From: an uncultured Pelagibacteraceae bacterium
GTDB taxonomy: Bacteria > Pseudomonadota > Alphaproteobacteria > Pelagibacterales > Pelagibacteraceae
Assembly: GCA_902574345.1 (NCBI GenBank)
Contig: CACGNF010000001.1
Location: 59,137-123,136 of the forward strand
Direction of reading: 5' to 3'
DNA: 64,000 nucleotides
Shown: one piece after another, positions 42,041-52,158 of the stretch
How positions within the stretch are numbered: position 1 is the stretch's first letter
Layout of the letters: the number at the start of each line of letters is the position of its first letter
The notes under the pieces: model-generated
Seen by the model: the letters and a program-made list of their open reading frames with translations, nothing else
What the model was told of the DNA's origin: nothing
Database searches by the model: none
Made by a program: the position numbers and the translations under genes

Positions 42041-42523
42041 ATGTTAAAATCACTAGATAGAAATTTAAATAAACTCTATAAATTTTCAGGTTATGTCGCT
42101 GCTTTATTCTTAATTTTCGTAGCAGTTTTTATTCTTATTGGTATCTCATCGAGAATATTTGGTTTTTATATAAGAGGTCTTGCTGAGTATTCAGGTTATT
42201 GTATGGCTGCGGCATCTTTTTTTGCATTAGCGTACACATTTGTAGAAGGAGGGCATATTCGGATTACACTTTTTTTAGAAAAATTATCAGGCACAAAGAA
42301 AAAATTTATTGAAACCTGGTGTTTAAGTATTGCAAGCTTTTTTTCAGGATACCTAGCTTTTTACTTCGTTAAAATGTTAATTATTTCCTATAAATTTCAA
42401 GAACGAAGTGAAGGAGCAGATGAAATTTTGATTTGGATTCCTCAAACAAGCGTAGCTATCGGATCAACAATTTTTTTTATAAGTGTTTTTCATCAATTTA
42501 TTTTAACCATCAAAAAAGATTAA
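42041..42523 (+). CDS. dctQ: TRAP small permease
   Basis: 4 TM, GGHIRI motif. Confidence 0.9.
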   Translation: MLKSLDRNLNKLYKFSGYVAALFLIFVAVFILIGISSRIFGFYIRGLAEYSGYCMAAASFFALAYTFVEGGHIRITLFLEKLSGTKKKFIETWCLSIASFFSGYLAFYFVKMLIISYKFQERSEGADEILIWIPQTSVAIGSTIFFISVFHQFILTIKKD

Positions 42524-43834
42524 ATGACCGAAATACTTTTAACAATTTTTTTTATCAGTGTTTTACTATTTTTTTTAGGATCTGGAATTTGGGTTGCGTT
42601 GAGTATGATTGGTGTATCGGCAATTGGCATGATGTTATTTACTTCAAGACCAGTTGGTGATGCAATGGCTACAACGATATGGGGCACATCATCCTCTTGG
42701 ACACTTACCGCATTACCACTATTCGTCTGGATGGGTGAGATTTTATTTAGGACAAAGCTCTCTGAAAATTTATTCAAAGGATTATCTCCCTGGATGCAAA
42801 AATTACCAGGAGGTTTAATCCATGTTAATGTTGTTGGATGTGCATTATTTGCAGCAATTTCAGGCTCTTCAGCAGCAACTGTTGCAACAGTAGGCAAGAT
42901 GTCTATTCCCGAATTAAGAAAAAGAAATTATCCAGAAAAAATCTTACTAGGTAGTTTAGCGGGTTCAGGAACATTAGGTTTGCTGATACCACCGTCAATT
43001 ATATTGATTATCTATGGTGTTGCTGTCCAAGAGTCTATAGCAAAATTATTTATTGCTGGGATTATTCCTGGGATAATGATTGCACTAATATTCATGTCTT
43101 ACGTGATTATTTGGTCTTTAATTAATAAAAAATCTATGCCAAAAATTATTGAGGAGTACTCATTTTTTGAAAAAATAAAAAGATCAAAACAACTTTTGCC
43201 AGTAATAATTTTAATATTAGCTGTTATTGGATCGATATATACAGGAATTGCAACAGCTACTGAAGCAGCTTCATTAGGAGTAGTTGGAGCATTAATATTA
43301 TCTTACTTTCAAAAAAGTTTAACATTCAAAACTTTTAAATCCTCTTTACTTGGTGCAACTAAAACCTCTTGTATGATCGCTTTTATTTTAGCAGGTTCAA
43401 CATTTTTATCTTTAGCAATGGGGTTCACTGGATTGCCAAGAAATCTAGCTCTCTGGATCCAAAATATGGAATTATCTCCATATGTTTTGATATTTGTTTT
43501 AATGATCTTTTATATAATTTTAGGAATGTTTCTTGATGGTATTTCAGCAGTTGTTTTAACAATGGCAATCATTGAGCCCATGATTAGACAAGCAGGTTTT
43601 GATATGATTTGGTTTGGTATTTTTTTAGTTATTGTTGTTGAGATGGCACAAATCACCCCGCCTGTTGGTTTTAATTTATTTGTACTTCAAGGTATGGCAA
43701 AAAAAGATATGGGGTATATTGCAAGGAGTGCATTCCCATTATTCTTATTAATGGTCCTCGCAGTCATATTAGTTGTGATCTTTCCAGAAATAGCTTTATG
43801 GATGCCAGAGCAAATGATTAAAAATATAAATTAG
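42524..43834 (+). CDS. dctM: TRAP large permease
   Basis: ALPLF, SGSSAA, LIPPS, ITPPVG. Confidence 0.94.
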   Translation: MTEILLTIFFISVLLFFLGSGIWVALSMIGVSAIGMMLFTSRPVGDAMATTIWGTSSSWTLTALPLFVWMGEILFRTKLSENLFKGLSPWMQKLPGGLIHVNVVGCALFAAISGSSAATVATVGKMSIPELRKRNYPEKILLGSLAGSGTLGLLIPPSIILIIYGVAVQESIAKLFIAGIIPGIMIALIFMSYVIIWSLINKKSMPKIIEEYSFFEKIKRSKQLLPVIILILAVIGSIYTGIATATEAASLGVVGALILSYFQKSLTFKTFKSSLLGATKTSCMIAFILAGSTFLSLAMGFTGLPRNLALWIQNMELSPYVLIFVLMIFYIILGMFLDGISAVVLTMAIIEPMIRQAGFDMIWFGIFLVIVVEMAQITPPVGFNLFVLQGMAKKDMGYIARSAFPLFLLMVLAVILVVIFPEIALWMPEQMIKNIN

Positions 43835-44316
43835 TATTTTGATTTTTCGCCAGCTATGACAGCTTTTAACTGATCATATTCTTCGCAATTACAACCCTCT
43901 AAAACTCCAAGTCTTTCAACTGCAAGATTATGTCTGTCAGTTGCAACATACAATTCACCAAGATATTCGTTTATGCCTTTATGTTTTGGATCAATAGCTA
44001 AACCTTGAAGATAATACTTCTCACCATTTTCAAAATCACCCAGCTTTCTAGTTGTGAAACCTAAGTAGTTAAGAGTATCAGCTTTACCAGGTTTTTTTTC
44101 ATTTGATTTGATTAAAAGCTTCTGCGCTTTTGCATAACTTTTTTGCGCTTTTTCTAATTTTCCTTTTTTTTCGTATTTTTTAGCACTTTTAATATGCACT
44201 ACCGCTTTATCATAGTTTGTTTTTGTTGAACTTGATCCGCTAGAAGACGAACCAGCTGCAAAAACGTTTATTGTGATAAAGAAGGTAATAGATAAAGTTA
44301 AGATTATTTTTTTCAT
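43831..44316 (-). CDS. Exported TPR protein
   Basis: Signal peptide, Ser-rich linker, NYLGF..RKLG and EYLGELY TPR helices. Confidence 0.8.
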   Translation of the reverse strand: MKKIILTLSITFFITINVFAAGSSSSGSSSTKTNYDKAVVHIKSAKKYEKKGKLEKAQKSYAKAQKLLIKSNEKKPGKADTLNYLGFTTRKLGDFENGEKYYLQGLAIDPKHKGINEYLGELYVATDRHNLAVERLGVLEGCNCEEYDQLKAVIAGEKSKY

Positions 44317-44317
44317 A

Positions 44318-45097
44318 TTAAATAAATTTTTTCATTTTGTTTAAAGTTTTTAATTCTAAACCATTTTCAACTAAGTTATCTCTTATCGACTTAGCCGTTG
44401 CTAATGAACTTAGATTGTCACCATGTATACAAACAGAGTCGATTTCACAAGGTATTTGCTTCCCGCTGTGACAATTAAGCGACTGAGTTTGCACCATCTT
44501 TAATACATGTTTTTTTGCTAGCTCAGGATCAGTTATTAATGCATGAGATTTCTTTCTCGATACAAGATTGCCATCATCCTCATAATTTCTGTCGGCAAAT
44601 ATTTCACAAGCGAACTTCATATCAAATTTCTTTGCTGCTTCTTGCATTTTTGATCCAGTAGGTACGAGATATATTATGTCTTTATTAATATCCTTAATAG
44701 TTTTAGCTAAAATTGTAGCTAACTCAATATCCTCACATGCCATATTATTTAAAGCCCCATGAGGTTTTACATGAGATACACTTTCTCCATGAGAAGAAGC
44801 TATTTTTTGAAGAATTTCATATTGATCAATTATAAGTTTTTTTATTTCACTTTCAGAAAGATTCATTCTTTCTCTACCAAAATTTTCTGGATCGTTAAAA
44901 GAAGGATGGGCACCAATACTCACTCCATTTTTTTTCGAAATTTTCACTACTTGGCTCATGGTTTGCTCATCTCCAGCGTGATAGCCACAAGCAACATTGG
45001 CTGAATTTACGATCTCTAATAAATCTGGATCATACTTATTTGAGTGATGTTTTGATTTTTCACCTAAATCACAATTTATATTAATTTCCATACTCAT
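44318..45097 (-). CDS. pxpA: 5-oxoprolinase subunit A (LamB/YcsF)
   Basis: NCDLGE, ACGYHAGD, GAHPS, HVKPHGAL, FADRNY, CIHGD; start at 45097 or 45091 preferred over 45115. Confidence 0.93.
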   Translation of the reverse strand: MSMEININCDLGEKSKHHSNKYDPDLLEIVNSANVACGYHAGDEQTMSQVVKISKKNGVSIGAHPSFNDPENFGRERMNLSESEIKKLIIDQYEILQKIASSHGESVSHVKPHGALNNMACEDIELATILAKTIKDINKDIIYLVPTGSKMQEAAKKFDMKFACEIFADRNYEDDGNLVSRKKSHALITDPELAKKHVLKMVQTQSLNCHSGKQIPCEIDSVCIHGDNLSSLATAKSIRDNLVENGLELKTLNKMKKFI

Positions 45098-45118
45098 AAT
45101 TTGTAAGTATAACATGGC

Positions 45119-45793
45119 ATGATTAAAAATATATCAAATCTTGGTGACGCAGCTTTGTATTGTGATTTCGGGTCTGAGGTAAACAAAGAAATAAATAGTA
45201 AAGTAATACGATATTTTAAAAGTATTCAAAAAGAAAATATTGATGGGATCAATAACTTAACTCCCTCATATAATAAATTAATTATTTCATTCGATCTAAG
45301 AAAAAAAAATTTTAAAACGATCAAAAAATTAATCGAAAATTTAGATATTACTAATGATGATGAATTAGAGACAAATAGAATTAAGATACCTGTTTGTTGT
45401 GATGAAAATTTTTCATTAGATATAAAAAGATTAGAGAAAAAGTTACAAATAACTCGTGATAAAATCTATGAGAAATTTTTTGGCAAGGAATTTTTTTGTT
45501 ATATGACTGGTTTTATTGCGGGTATGCCTTTTCTTGGTGATCTGGAAAATGAGTTGCAGGCAAAACGTTTGGAAACACCGAGAGTAAAAGTGCCCAAGGG
45601 CTCAGTTGGATTAACAGAACAATTTGCAAATGTTTATACATTTGAAAGTCCTGGTGGGTGGAATATCATTGGAAATACACCACAAGTTATTTTTGATAGC
45701 ACTAATGAGAATAATCCAAATTTAATTAATCCAGGTGATGTAGTTACTTTTGAGCAAATTACCAAAGAACAATATTACAATTACAATGAATAA
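45119..45793 (+). CDS. pxpB: 5-oxoprolinase subunit B
   Basis: LGDAAL, GFIAGMPFL, PRVKVPKGSVG, SPGGWNIIG. Confidence 0.9.
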   Translation: MIKNISNLGDAALYCDFGSEVNKEINSKVIRYFKSIQKENIDGINNLTPSYNKLIISFDLRKKNFKTIKKLIENLDITNDDELETNRIKIPVCCDENFSLDIKRLEKKLQITRDKIYEKFFGKEFFCYMTGFIAGMPFLGDLENELQAKRLETPRVKVPKGSVGLTEQFANVYTFESPGGWNIIGNTPQVIFDSTNENNPNLINPGDVVTFEQITKEQYYNYNE

Positions 45794-46730
45794 AAATTAT
45801 TTTGAAATAAAAAGAGCTGGAATTAACACAACATTTCAAGATCAGGGTAGAAGCAATCTTTATCATATTGGTATTCCATTTAGTGGAGCAATGGATAATA
45901 GAAATTTTCAAATTTCTAACAAACTTGTTGGTAATGAAGTAAATTTTCCAATAATTGAATTTGCTTATCAAGGTCCTTTGTTAAAGTATTTTGGTGAAAG
46001 TATTAATTTTGCAATCACGGGGGATGTAAAATTTATAATTAGAAAAAAAAACAATACTATCGAGGGAAAATGTTATCAATCTTTCGCTTTAGAAAATGGT
46101 GATGAATTAGATATTATAAGCACTAATAAATCTGTTTATGGATATTTAGCAGTAAGTGGTGAATTTGATGTTAATTATCAATGGTCAAGTTGCTCTGTTA
46201 ACACAAAAGCAAATATTGGTGCAAATAATGGAAAAAAAATAGAAGATGGACAAAAGATTTATATTTTAAATATCAATAAAAATTTAAGTGATAAAAAATT
46301 AAATTACATTAATACAAAAATTGAAAATATCAGAGTTATCCAAGGAACAAATTTTGACTATTTTTCTGATGAAGGAAAAAAGATTTTTTTTGAGAAAGAA
46401 TTTGTAATATCAAAATTATCAGATCGTATGGGTATGAGACTAGAGGGATCAAAAATAGAAAATATTGTTGATACCAATATTAAATCAGAAGGTTTATTAA
46501 AAGGTGTTATTCAAGTACCCGCAGATGGAAATCCGATTATTATGCTTTCAGATCATGGAACTATTGGAGGTTATCCTAAAATAGGAGTTGTGATCAGCGC
46601 AGATTATGACAAGTTAGTTCAATTAACCCCAGGTTCAAAGATTAAATTTAAAAAAGTCGAATTAGCTGATGCAGAAACATTATTTAAACTATATGACTTG
46701 GAGACACAAAATTTAATTTCACAAATTTAA
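45786..46730 (+). CDS. pxpC: 5-oxoprolinase subunit C
   Basis: QDQGR, SGAMD, SDRMG, IQVP, TIGGYPK; start moved to ATG 45786. Confidence 0.9.
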   Translation: MNKNYFEIKRAGINTTFQDQGRSNLYHIGIPFSGAMDNRNFQISNKLVGNEVNFPIIEFAYQGPLLKYFGESINFAITGDVKFIIRKKNNTIEGKCYQSFALENGDELDIISTNKSVYGYLAVSGEFDVNYQWSSCSVNTKANIGANNGKKIEDGQKIYILNINKNLSDKKLNYINTKIENIRVIQGTNFDYFSDEGKKIFFEKEFVISKLSDRMGMRLEGSKIENIVDTNIKSEGLLKGVIQVPADGNPIIMLSDHGTIGGYPKIGVVISADYDKLVQLTPGSKIKFKKVELADAETLFKLYDLETQNLISQI

Positions 46731-47608
46731 TGAATTTTATAAGAAACTTACCCGGACCACTATTAATTTTTTTAGGTGCATTAAGTTTAAGCTTTGGTGG
46801 ATTGATTGTAAAATCTTTTGAGGGAGCTACATTATGGCAAATTCTATTTTGGAGATCTTTATTTTTTTCTTTAACAGTTCTAGCTTTCTTAATTTTAAGT
46901 TATAAAGGAAAAACAATTGAATCGTTTTATAAGTCCGGATTACCAGGATTTGTTGGTGGAATTATTTTATCTTTTGGTTTTTGTGGATATGTGTTTGCTA
47001 TGTACAATACCACTGTTGCCAATACTAATTTTATCATTTCACTCCAAATACTATTTCTTGCAATATTCGGGTATTTTTTCCTTAAGGAAAAAATAAATTT
47101 AATTACTCTGTTTTCAATCTGTCTGGCGATGACAGGCGTTTTATTAATGGTTGGCAACTCATTATCTCCTGGAGAATTATCTGGAAACCTTGCAGCTTTT
47201 ACAATGCCAATTACTTTTGCAGTTTTAATAATGATTGTTAGAAAATTTCCCTCTGTGGATATGGTGCCTGCCCAGTTTGTTGCCGGCGTGAGTTCATGTT
47301 TAATCGGTTTTTTGCTTTCCACTAAAATCATGATTTCTCCTCATGATATCTTTTTGGGTTTTCTCGCAGGTTTTTTTCAAGTTGGTTTTGGTTTTATATT
47401 TATAACTATCGGTGCAAGAACAACACCTTCTGCAATGGTAGGAATCATAATGTTATCCGAATCTGTCCTAGGACCGATATGGGCATTCCTTTTTGTGAGT
47501 GAAAGACCCTCTGTATTTGGATTAATTGGTGGCGCAATTATACTTTCTGCGGTTTTATTACAATTTTACTCGCTTTTAAGTAAACAAAAAAAAATTGTTT
47601 CTGATTGA
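46730..47608 (+). CDS. DMT/EamA family transporter
   Basis: About 10 TM, duplicated EamA repeats (FLKEK, SERP). Confidence 0.88.
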   Translation: MNFIRNLPGPLLIFLGALSLSFGGLIVKSFEGATLWQILFWRSLFFSLTVLAFLILSYKGKTIESFYKSGLPGFVGGIILSFGFCGYVFAMYNTTVANTNFIISLQILFLAIFGYFFLKEKINLITLFSICLAMTGVLLMVGNSLSPGELSGNLAAFTMPITFAVLIMIVRKFPSVDMVPAQFVAGVSSCLIGFLLSTKIMISPHDIFLGFLAGFFQVGFGFIFITIGARTTPSAMVGIIMLSESVLGPIWAFLFVSERPSVFGLIGGAIILSAVLLQFYSLLSKQKKIVSD

Positions 47609-47627
47609 CTTTTTTCCACACATGTAA

Positions 47628-47785
47628 GAATATCCTGCCACGGGAGAGACTACAGATTATCGTAGCGCCGAAGGAGCAACCACCCAGGAATCTCTCAGGC
47701 AAAAAGGACCGTAACATATTAACTCTGGAAAGAGATTTAATTCTCGCCGAAGGAGCAAAACTCTCAGGCAAATATACAGATGGGT
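47628..47785 (+). ncRNA. Tandem glycine riboswitch
   Basis: Two aptamers, each with GGAGAG/GGAAAG...CGCCGAAGGAGCAA...CTCTCAGGCAAA; directly upstream of gcvT. Confidence 0.96.
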
Positions 47786-47798
47786 ACAAAGAGTTAAT

Positions 47799-48902
47799 AT
47801 GGAAACAAAAAAAACATCGCTGTACCAATTACATCAAGATTGTAATGCAAAATTTGTTGAATTTGCAGGCTATCAAATGCCGATACAATATTCGGAAGGT
47901 ATTGTAGAGGAACACAAATTCACACGAAATCACTCAGGTATCTTTGATGTTTCCCATATGGGTCAGCTATTTATTTATGGTGGTGAAGACTTAATCAAAG
48001 ATTTAGAAAAAATTTTTCCTTTAGATCTTAAAAATTTAAAATTAAATCATTCAAAATACAACTTCTTAATGGACAAAGATGCTGGGATACATGATGATTT
48101 AATTATCACAAAAACAAAAGAAGGCTTTTTGATAATCCTCAACGCAGCATGTAAAGATAATGACTTTAAAATTCTAAAAGAATTTCTTGAGGATAAGTAC
48201 AAAATGGTTCTGGATGAAAATAGATCTCTAATTGCCATTCAGGGTCCTAAATCATCAGAAATTCTTAATGATGTTATTAATGGTGTGAAAGATCTAAATT
48301 TTATGTCTGGAAACTGGTTTACATTTGAAAATCAGAAAGTTTATATTACGCGATCTGGTTACACAGGTGAAGACGGTTTTGAGATATCAATTGTAAATGA
48401 TTTTGTAGACCAATTAACTAGAGAATTAATCAACAAAGGATCTAAATTGATAGGTCTTGGAGCAAGAGATACATTAAGATTGGAAGCAGGTTTATGTCTT
48501 TATGGTCATGATCTTGATAAAGACAAAACTCCAGTGGAAGCAAATTTGAAATGGGCTATTTCAAAAGAAAGAATCTCCAAGGGAGATTTTATTGGCTCTG
48601 ACATAATTATTAAACAATTAAATGATGGTGTCAGTAAAATAAGAGTTGGAATTAAACCTGAGGGCAGAATTATTGCTAGAGAAAAAACAAAAATATTTAA
48701 TCAATCAGATGTTCATATTGGCGAAATCACAAGTGGTACATTTGGACCAAGTGTTAATGGACCTGTTGCAATGGGTTATGTGGAAAATGAATTTTCAAAA
48801 AAAAATACTAAAGTATTTTTAGAAGTCAGAGGTAAAAAACATCCTGCAAGTATTTGCAGCTTACCATTTTATAAAAAAAGTTATGTCAAAGGGGTAAACT
48901 AA
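47799..48902 (+). CDS. gcvT: Glycine cleavage system T protein
   Basis: [38 protein letters not shown]. Confidence 0.97.
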   Translation: METKKTSLYQLHQDCNAKFVEFAGYQMPIQYSEGIVEEHKFTRNHSGIFDVSHMGQLFIYGGEDLIKDLEKIFPLDLKNLKLNHSKYNFLMDKDAGIHDDLIITKTKEGFLIILNAACKDNDFKILKEFLEDKYKMVLDENRSLIAIQGPKSSEILNDVINGVKDLNFMSGNWFTFENQKVYITRSGYTGEDGFEISIVNDFVDQLTRELINKGSKLIGLGARDTLRLEAGLCLYGHDLDKDKTPVEANLKWAISKERISKGDFIGSDIIIKQLNDGVSKIRVGIKPEGRIIAREKTKIFNQSDVHIGEITSGTFGPSVNGPVAMGYVENEFSKKNTKVFLEVRGKKHPASICSLPFYKKSYVKGVN

Positions 48903-49282
48903 TGAGTGAAGTAAAATATTCAAAAGAGCACGAGTGGATTAAATTAGATGGAGATGTTGCAACAATTGGTATCACAAAACATGCTACAGAGATGTTAGGT
49001 GATATAGTTTTTGCAGAACTTCCAGAAAAAGGTTCTAGCGTAGAGAAAGATGGTACAGCTGGAGTTGTAGAGTCAACCAAAGCTGCTAGCGATGTATATA
49101 CCCCTATGAGTGGTGAAGTAGTTGATACCAATCAAGCTATAGTAGATGATCCATCAAAGATTAATCAAGACCCAGAGGACTCAGCGTGGTTTTTTAAACT
49201 AAAAATAAAAGATCCATCAGAAATGGATACTTTAATGAACAAAGACGATTACGATAAATTTGCAAAGGAGACTTCAGCATAA
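48902..49282 (+). CDS. gcvH: Glycine cleavage system H protein
   Basis: [18 protein letters not shown] lipoyl Lys. Confidence 0.97.
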   Translation: MSEVKYSKEHEWIKLDGDVATIGITKHATEMLGDIVFAELPEKGSSVEKDGTAGVVESTKAASDVYTPMSGEVVDTNQAIVDDPSKINQDPEDSAWFFKLKIKDPSEMDTLMNKDDYDKFAKETSA

Positions 49283-52152
49283 TGTTACCAAATTCAGAAA
49301 AAGATTTTTTAAGAAGACATATCGGTCCTTCTGAAGAAGACCAATCAAAAATGTTAAAAAAATTAAACTACAAGTCACTAGATGATTTAATTGACAACAC
49401 TGTTCCAGAAAAAATAAAGTTTAAAGGCGAATTAAATATTGGTGATTCAAATTCAGAGTACGAGGCGTTAAGAAAGTTAAGAGCAATTTCGAAAAAAAAT
49501 CAAGTTTACTCAAATTTTATTGGTATGGGTTATTATGGAACTTATACACCTTATGTAATTTTGAGAAATATATTAGAAAATCCAGGTTGGTATACTTCCT
49601 ATACACCTTATCAGCCTGAGGTAGCTCAAGGAAGACTTGAGATGTTATTAAACTTTCAACAAATGATTGTTGATTTTACAGGGATGGATATTGCCAATGC
49701 ATCTTTATTAGATGAAGGCACAGCAGCAGCAGAGGCAATGGGTCTAAGTCACAGATTAAATAAAAAAGATAGTAATTTAGTTTTTGTTTCTGAAGATTGT
49801 CACCCTCAAACAATAAATGTAATTCAAACAAGAGCTGAACCTATGGGTTTAAAGGTTTTAGTCGGAAAAGAAGATGAAGTTTTAGATCAACTAAAAGAGG
49901 ATTTAGTTTGTGGAATTTTACAATATCCAGGAACTTTAGGAGATATTAAAGACCCAAGTGAAGCAATTAGCAAAATTCACAAAAAGAATGGGAAGGCGGT
50001 ATTAGCTTGTGATCTGTTGGCTTTAGCAAAATTAAAAACACCGAGAGAACTTGGTGCTGACATTGCAGTTGGAAGCTCCCAAAGATTTGGAATTCCAATG
50101 GGGTATGGAGGTCCACATGCAGCTTTTTTTGCTACAAAAGATGAGTTTAAAAGATCAATGCCTGGAAGGATTGTAGGTGTATCAGTTGATAGACATGGTA
50201 ATAAAGCATATAGATTATCATTACAAACTAGAGAGCAACATATCAGAAGAGATAAGGCGACGAGTAATATTTGTACTGCCCAAGCTTTATTAGCAATTGT
50301 ATCAGCAGCATATGCTATTTATCATGGTCCGGATGGAATTAAAAATATTTCAGAAAGAGTGTCTCAATTAGCAAAAAGTTTTGCTGATAAAATAAAACAA
50401 TCTGGATACGAGCTTTATTCGAATAATTTTTTTGACACTGTAACAATTATTACCAAAGAAAAGACTGATCAAATTTATAAGAATGCTCTGAATCAGAGAG
50501 TTAATATTCGAAAAGTAAATTCTGAAATGCTTGCTGTCTCATTTGATGAGAGAAAAAATGTATATAGAGTAAATCAACTATTAAAAATTTTTAATGCAGC
50601 AGAATCAATCAAAAAAGAAGATCCATCGGTAAGTTTACCTAATCTTCCAAAAAATTTATTAAGAACTTCAAAATATTTAAAACATCCAGTTTTCAACTCA
50701 TATCATTCAGAAACTGAAATGCTTAGATATTTAAAAAGATTAGAAGATAAAGATATAGCATTGAATAGAACTATGATTGCACTTGGTTCTTGTACAATGA
50801 AATTAAATGCTGCTGCCGAAATGATCCCAATATCATGGAAAGAATTTGCAGAACCTCATCCGTTTGTCCCAATTGAACAAATGGAAGGTTTTAGAGATTT
50901 ATTTACTGATCTAAAAAATTGGTTGCGTTCTATAACTGGTTTTTCAGGTGTTTCTTTGCAACCTAATGCAGGTGCTCAAGGTGAGTATGCGGGCTTAATG
51001 GTTATCAGAAAGTATCATTTAGATAGAGGTGAGGCTAATCGGAATATATGTTTAATTCCAAGTTCAGCACATGGTACTAACCCAGCAAGTGCACAAATGG
51101 TTGGAATGAAGGTGGTAGTTGTTAATTGTGATAAAGAGGGAAATGTTGATTTTGATGATTTAAAGAAAAAAGCTGAACAACATTCGGAAAATCTTGGGGC
51201 ACTAATGGTAACTTATCCATCTACCCATGGAGTATTTGAAGAAAAAATAACTGATATCTGTGAATTAGTTCACAAACATGGTGGGCAGGTTTACATGGAT
51301 GGAGCAAATCTAAACGCCTTAGTTGGAGTTGCAAAGCCTGGAAATTTTGGTCCAGATGTCTGTCACATTAATTTACATAAAACATTTTGTATTCCACATG
51401 GCGGTGGAGGGCCAGGTATGGGACCAATTGCTTGTAAAAGACATTTACAAGTTTATCTACCTAATCATCCAGTGATTAAAGATTGTGGACCAACATCTGG
51501 CATTGGAGCAGTCTCGGCAGCTCCTTGGGGTAGTTCAAGTATTCTATCAATCTCTTGGATGTACATTAAAATGATGGGATCAACAGGGTTAAAGCTTGCT
51601 ACTGAAGTAGCAATATTAAATGCAAATTATATTGCTCATAGACTAAAAGATCACTTTCCAATTTTGTATAAAGGATCAAATGGAAATGTTGCTCATGAAT
51701 GTATTATTGATATTAGAAATATTAAATCAGAGACAGGAGTAACCGAAGAAGATATCGCAAAAAGATTAATAGATTATGGGTTTCATGCACCAACTATGTC
51801 ATGGCCAGTAGCTGGTACAATGATGATAGAGCCAACTGAGAGTGAGGGCTTGTCAGAACTCGATAGATTTTGTGATACTTTAATTAAGATTAAAGAAGAA
51901 ATTGAAAAAATTAAATCAGGTGAATTTGATAAAATAGATAATCCAATAAAAAATGCTCCTCACACAGACAGCGAACTAGCCTCTGATGATTGGACACATA
52001 AATACTCAAGAGCAGAAGCTGCTTATCCAGCAAAATTCTTAAGAGCCAATAAATTTTGGCCTCCAGTTGCAAGAGTTGATAATGTTTATGGTGACAAGAA
52101 TATATTCTGTACTTGTCCAAGCATAGATGAATTTAAAGAAGATGCAGCTTAA
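49282..52152 (+). CDS. gcvP: Glycine dehydrogenase (decarboxylating)
   Basis: YTPYQPE, ATSNICT, LGSCTMK, NLHKTFCIPHGGGGPG. Confidence 0.98.
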   Translation: MLPNSEKDFLRRHIGPSEEDQSKMLKKLNYKSLDDLIDNTVPEKIKFKGELNIGDSNSEYEALRKLRAISKKNQVYSNFIGMGYYGTYTPYVILRNILENPGWYTSYTPYQPEVAQGRLEMLLNFQQMIVDFTGMDIANASLLDEGTAAAEAMGLSHRLNKKDSNLVFVSEDCHPQTINVIQTRAEPMGLKVLVGKEDEVLDQLKEDLVCGILQYPGTLGDIKDPSEAISKIHKKNGKAVLACDLLALAKLKTPRELGADIAVGSSQRFGIPMGYGGPHAAFFATKDEFKRSMPGRIVGVSVDRHGNKAYRLSLQTREQHIRRDKATSNICTAQALLAIVSAAYAIYHGPDGIKNISERVSQLAKSFADKIKQSGYELYSNNFFDTVTIITKEKTDQIYKNALNQRVNIRKVNSEMLAVSFDERKNVYRVNQLLKIFNAAESIKKEDPSVSLPNLPKNLLRTSKYLKHPVFNSYHSETEMLRYLKRLEDKDIALNRTMIALGSCTMKLNAAAEMIPISWKEFAEPHPFVPIEQMEGFRDLFTDLKNWLRSITGFSGVSLQPNAGAQGEYAGLMVIRKYHLDRGEANRNICLIPSSAHGTNPASAQMVGMKVVVVNCDKEGNVDFDDLKKKAEQHSENLGALMVTYPSTHGVFEEKITDICELVHKHGGQVYMDGANLNALVGVAKPGNFGPDVCHINLHKTFCIPHGGGGPGMGPIACKRHLQVYLPNHPVIKDCGPTSGIGAVSAAPWGSSSILSISWMYIKMMGSTGLKLATEVAILNANYIAHRLKDHFPILYKGSNGNVAHECIIDIRNIKSETGVTEEDIAKRLIDYGFHAPTMSWPVAGTMMIEPTESEGLSELDRFCDTLIKIKEEIEKIKSGEFDKIDNPIKNAPHTDSELASDDWTHKYSRAEAAYPAKFLRANKFWPPVARVDNVYGDKNIFCTCPSIDEFKEDAA

Positions 52153-52158
52153 CAATTA

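Noticed and set aside
47605-47907. 100-aa ORF on +
   Set aside because: It runs through the glycine riboswitch and overlaps gcvT out of frame; no protein features
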